Assembly (NCBI GenBank): GCA_965285935.1
Contig: OZ260666.1
Span: 30,690,001-30,754,000 of the forward strand
Direction of reading: 5' to 3'
DNA from: Ophelia neglecta
Lineage: Eukaryota
DNA length: 64,000 nucleotides
Within the stretch, counting starts at the first letter, position 1. Each line of letters opens with the position of its first letter. Below the pieces are notes generated by a model that had not been told where the DNA came from, made no database searches, and saw nothing but the letters and a program-made list of their open reading frames with translations. The position numbers were made by a program, and so were the translations under genes. Of this stretch, positions 63,331 to 64,000 are shown piece after piece.

Positions 63331-64000
63331 TAGACTCACACGGCATTATTAGCCAATCAGCTTCGCGCACTCACGGCACTCCTGTCACAAACCGAAGCAC
63401 AACCTGGGTGCATTTCGAACGTACCAATGTTTTGAATCGCAATTTTTGGCTGGTATTTTTTAACTACATGCATATCAGACATATCATCAATTATGACTAG
63501 TAAGTTACAGAAACTCTCCTTTTTCTCCTGAAATTTGTATTGTTGTTTTGATAGCGAATTTGCGGAAATGTGCCATCGCACATTTTACGATAAGCTCTGT
63601 TCATTTCTACTGCTTGGGTGGACCGTGTTTAGACGTAATGTTGTTTGTAATAAAACGTGATCATTTACGGGATAGTCTTGATATGTTCAATGATGTATTA
63701 AATTTCTGCAAGTGTCGTGGAATAAAACTGAGGACATCGAGGACTCGCCGGTTCTTTCAAAAATATTTATTGAATTAATAACATCAACTTGAACTACCTT
63801 ATTACAATGGATGTGGTTGGATAACATCAATGATCACTCATCGATGATTGGAAGTGCAAGTGAATTTCCCAGTATGGTAAACATTCGTTTATTGAGGATA
63901 AAAGCTTGCTTAGCCTACCTATATTAAATCATAGATATGTATAATCCATAATATATAATGTATTCTTTATATCTATGATTAAATCATTAACTTTCTTGAA

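Noticed and set aside
1-64000. CRISPR arrays, rRNA, operons or prokaryotic defence systems
   Set aside because: The sequence is spliceosomal-intron-containing animal DNA, and no repeat-spacer arrays or rRNA-like segments were seen.

Overview
AT-rich, intron-containing animal genomic DNA, probably lophotrochozoan/mollusc-like (inferred from gene content and repeats). I assembled six gene models by hand from GT-AG junctions with consistent reading phase. (1) Archaemetzincin-like metalloprotease (+, 3887-5209). (2) An 829-aa type I membrane protein: lamin-tail-like domain, Thr-rich stalk, 2 Sushi, 2 TSP1, TM (+, 6926-11372). (3) An unassigned 88-aa acidic ORF with a long 3'UTR (-, 13879-14145). 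(4) A paraoxonase homologue that has lost its His-His dyad (+, 18237-22605). (5) A shortened NEURL4-like protein, 2 NHR domains plus an ADP-ribosyltransferase-like domain, with a perfect kappaB site, GATA and AP-1 motifs just upstream (-, 24751-32800). (6) A vasopressin/oxytocin-type GPCR (-, 35997-37579). Upstream of the receptor lie an intact LINE ORF (~38.1-42.1 kb) and a complete, very young Gypsy LTR retrotransposon (44532-49305; matching 190-bp LTRs, CCTTT TSD). The last 15 kb is non-coding, with decayed TE fragments and a 141-N gap. The best candidates for novel biology are the kappaB-linked NHR-ART gene, the lamin-tail/Sushi/TSP1 surface protein, the dyad-less paraoxonase and the microprotein. 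No database searches were run, so family calls rest on motif recognition.
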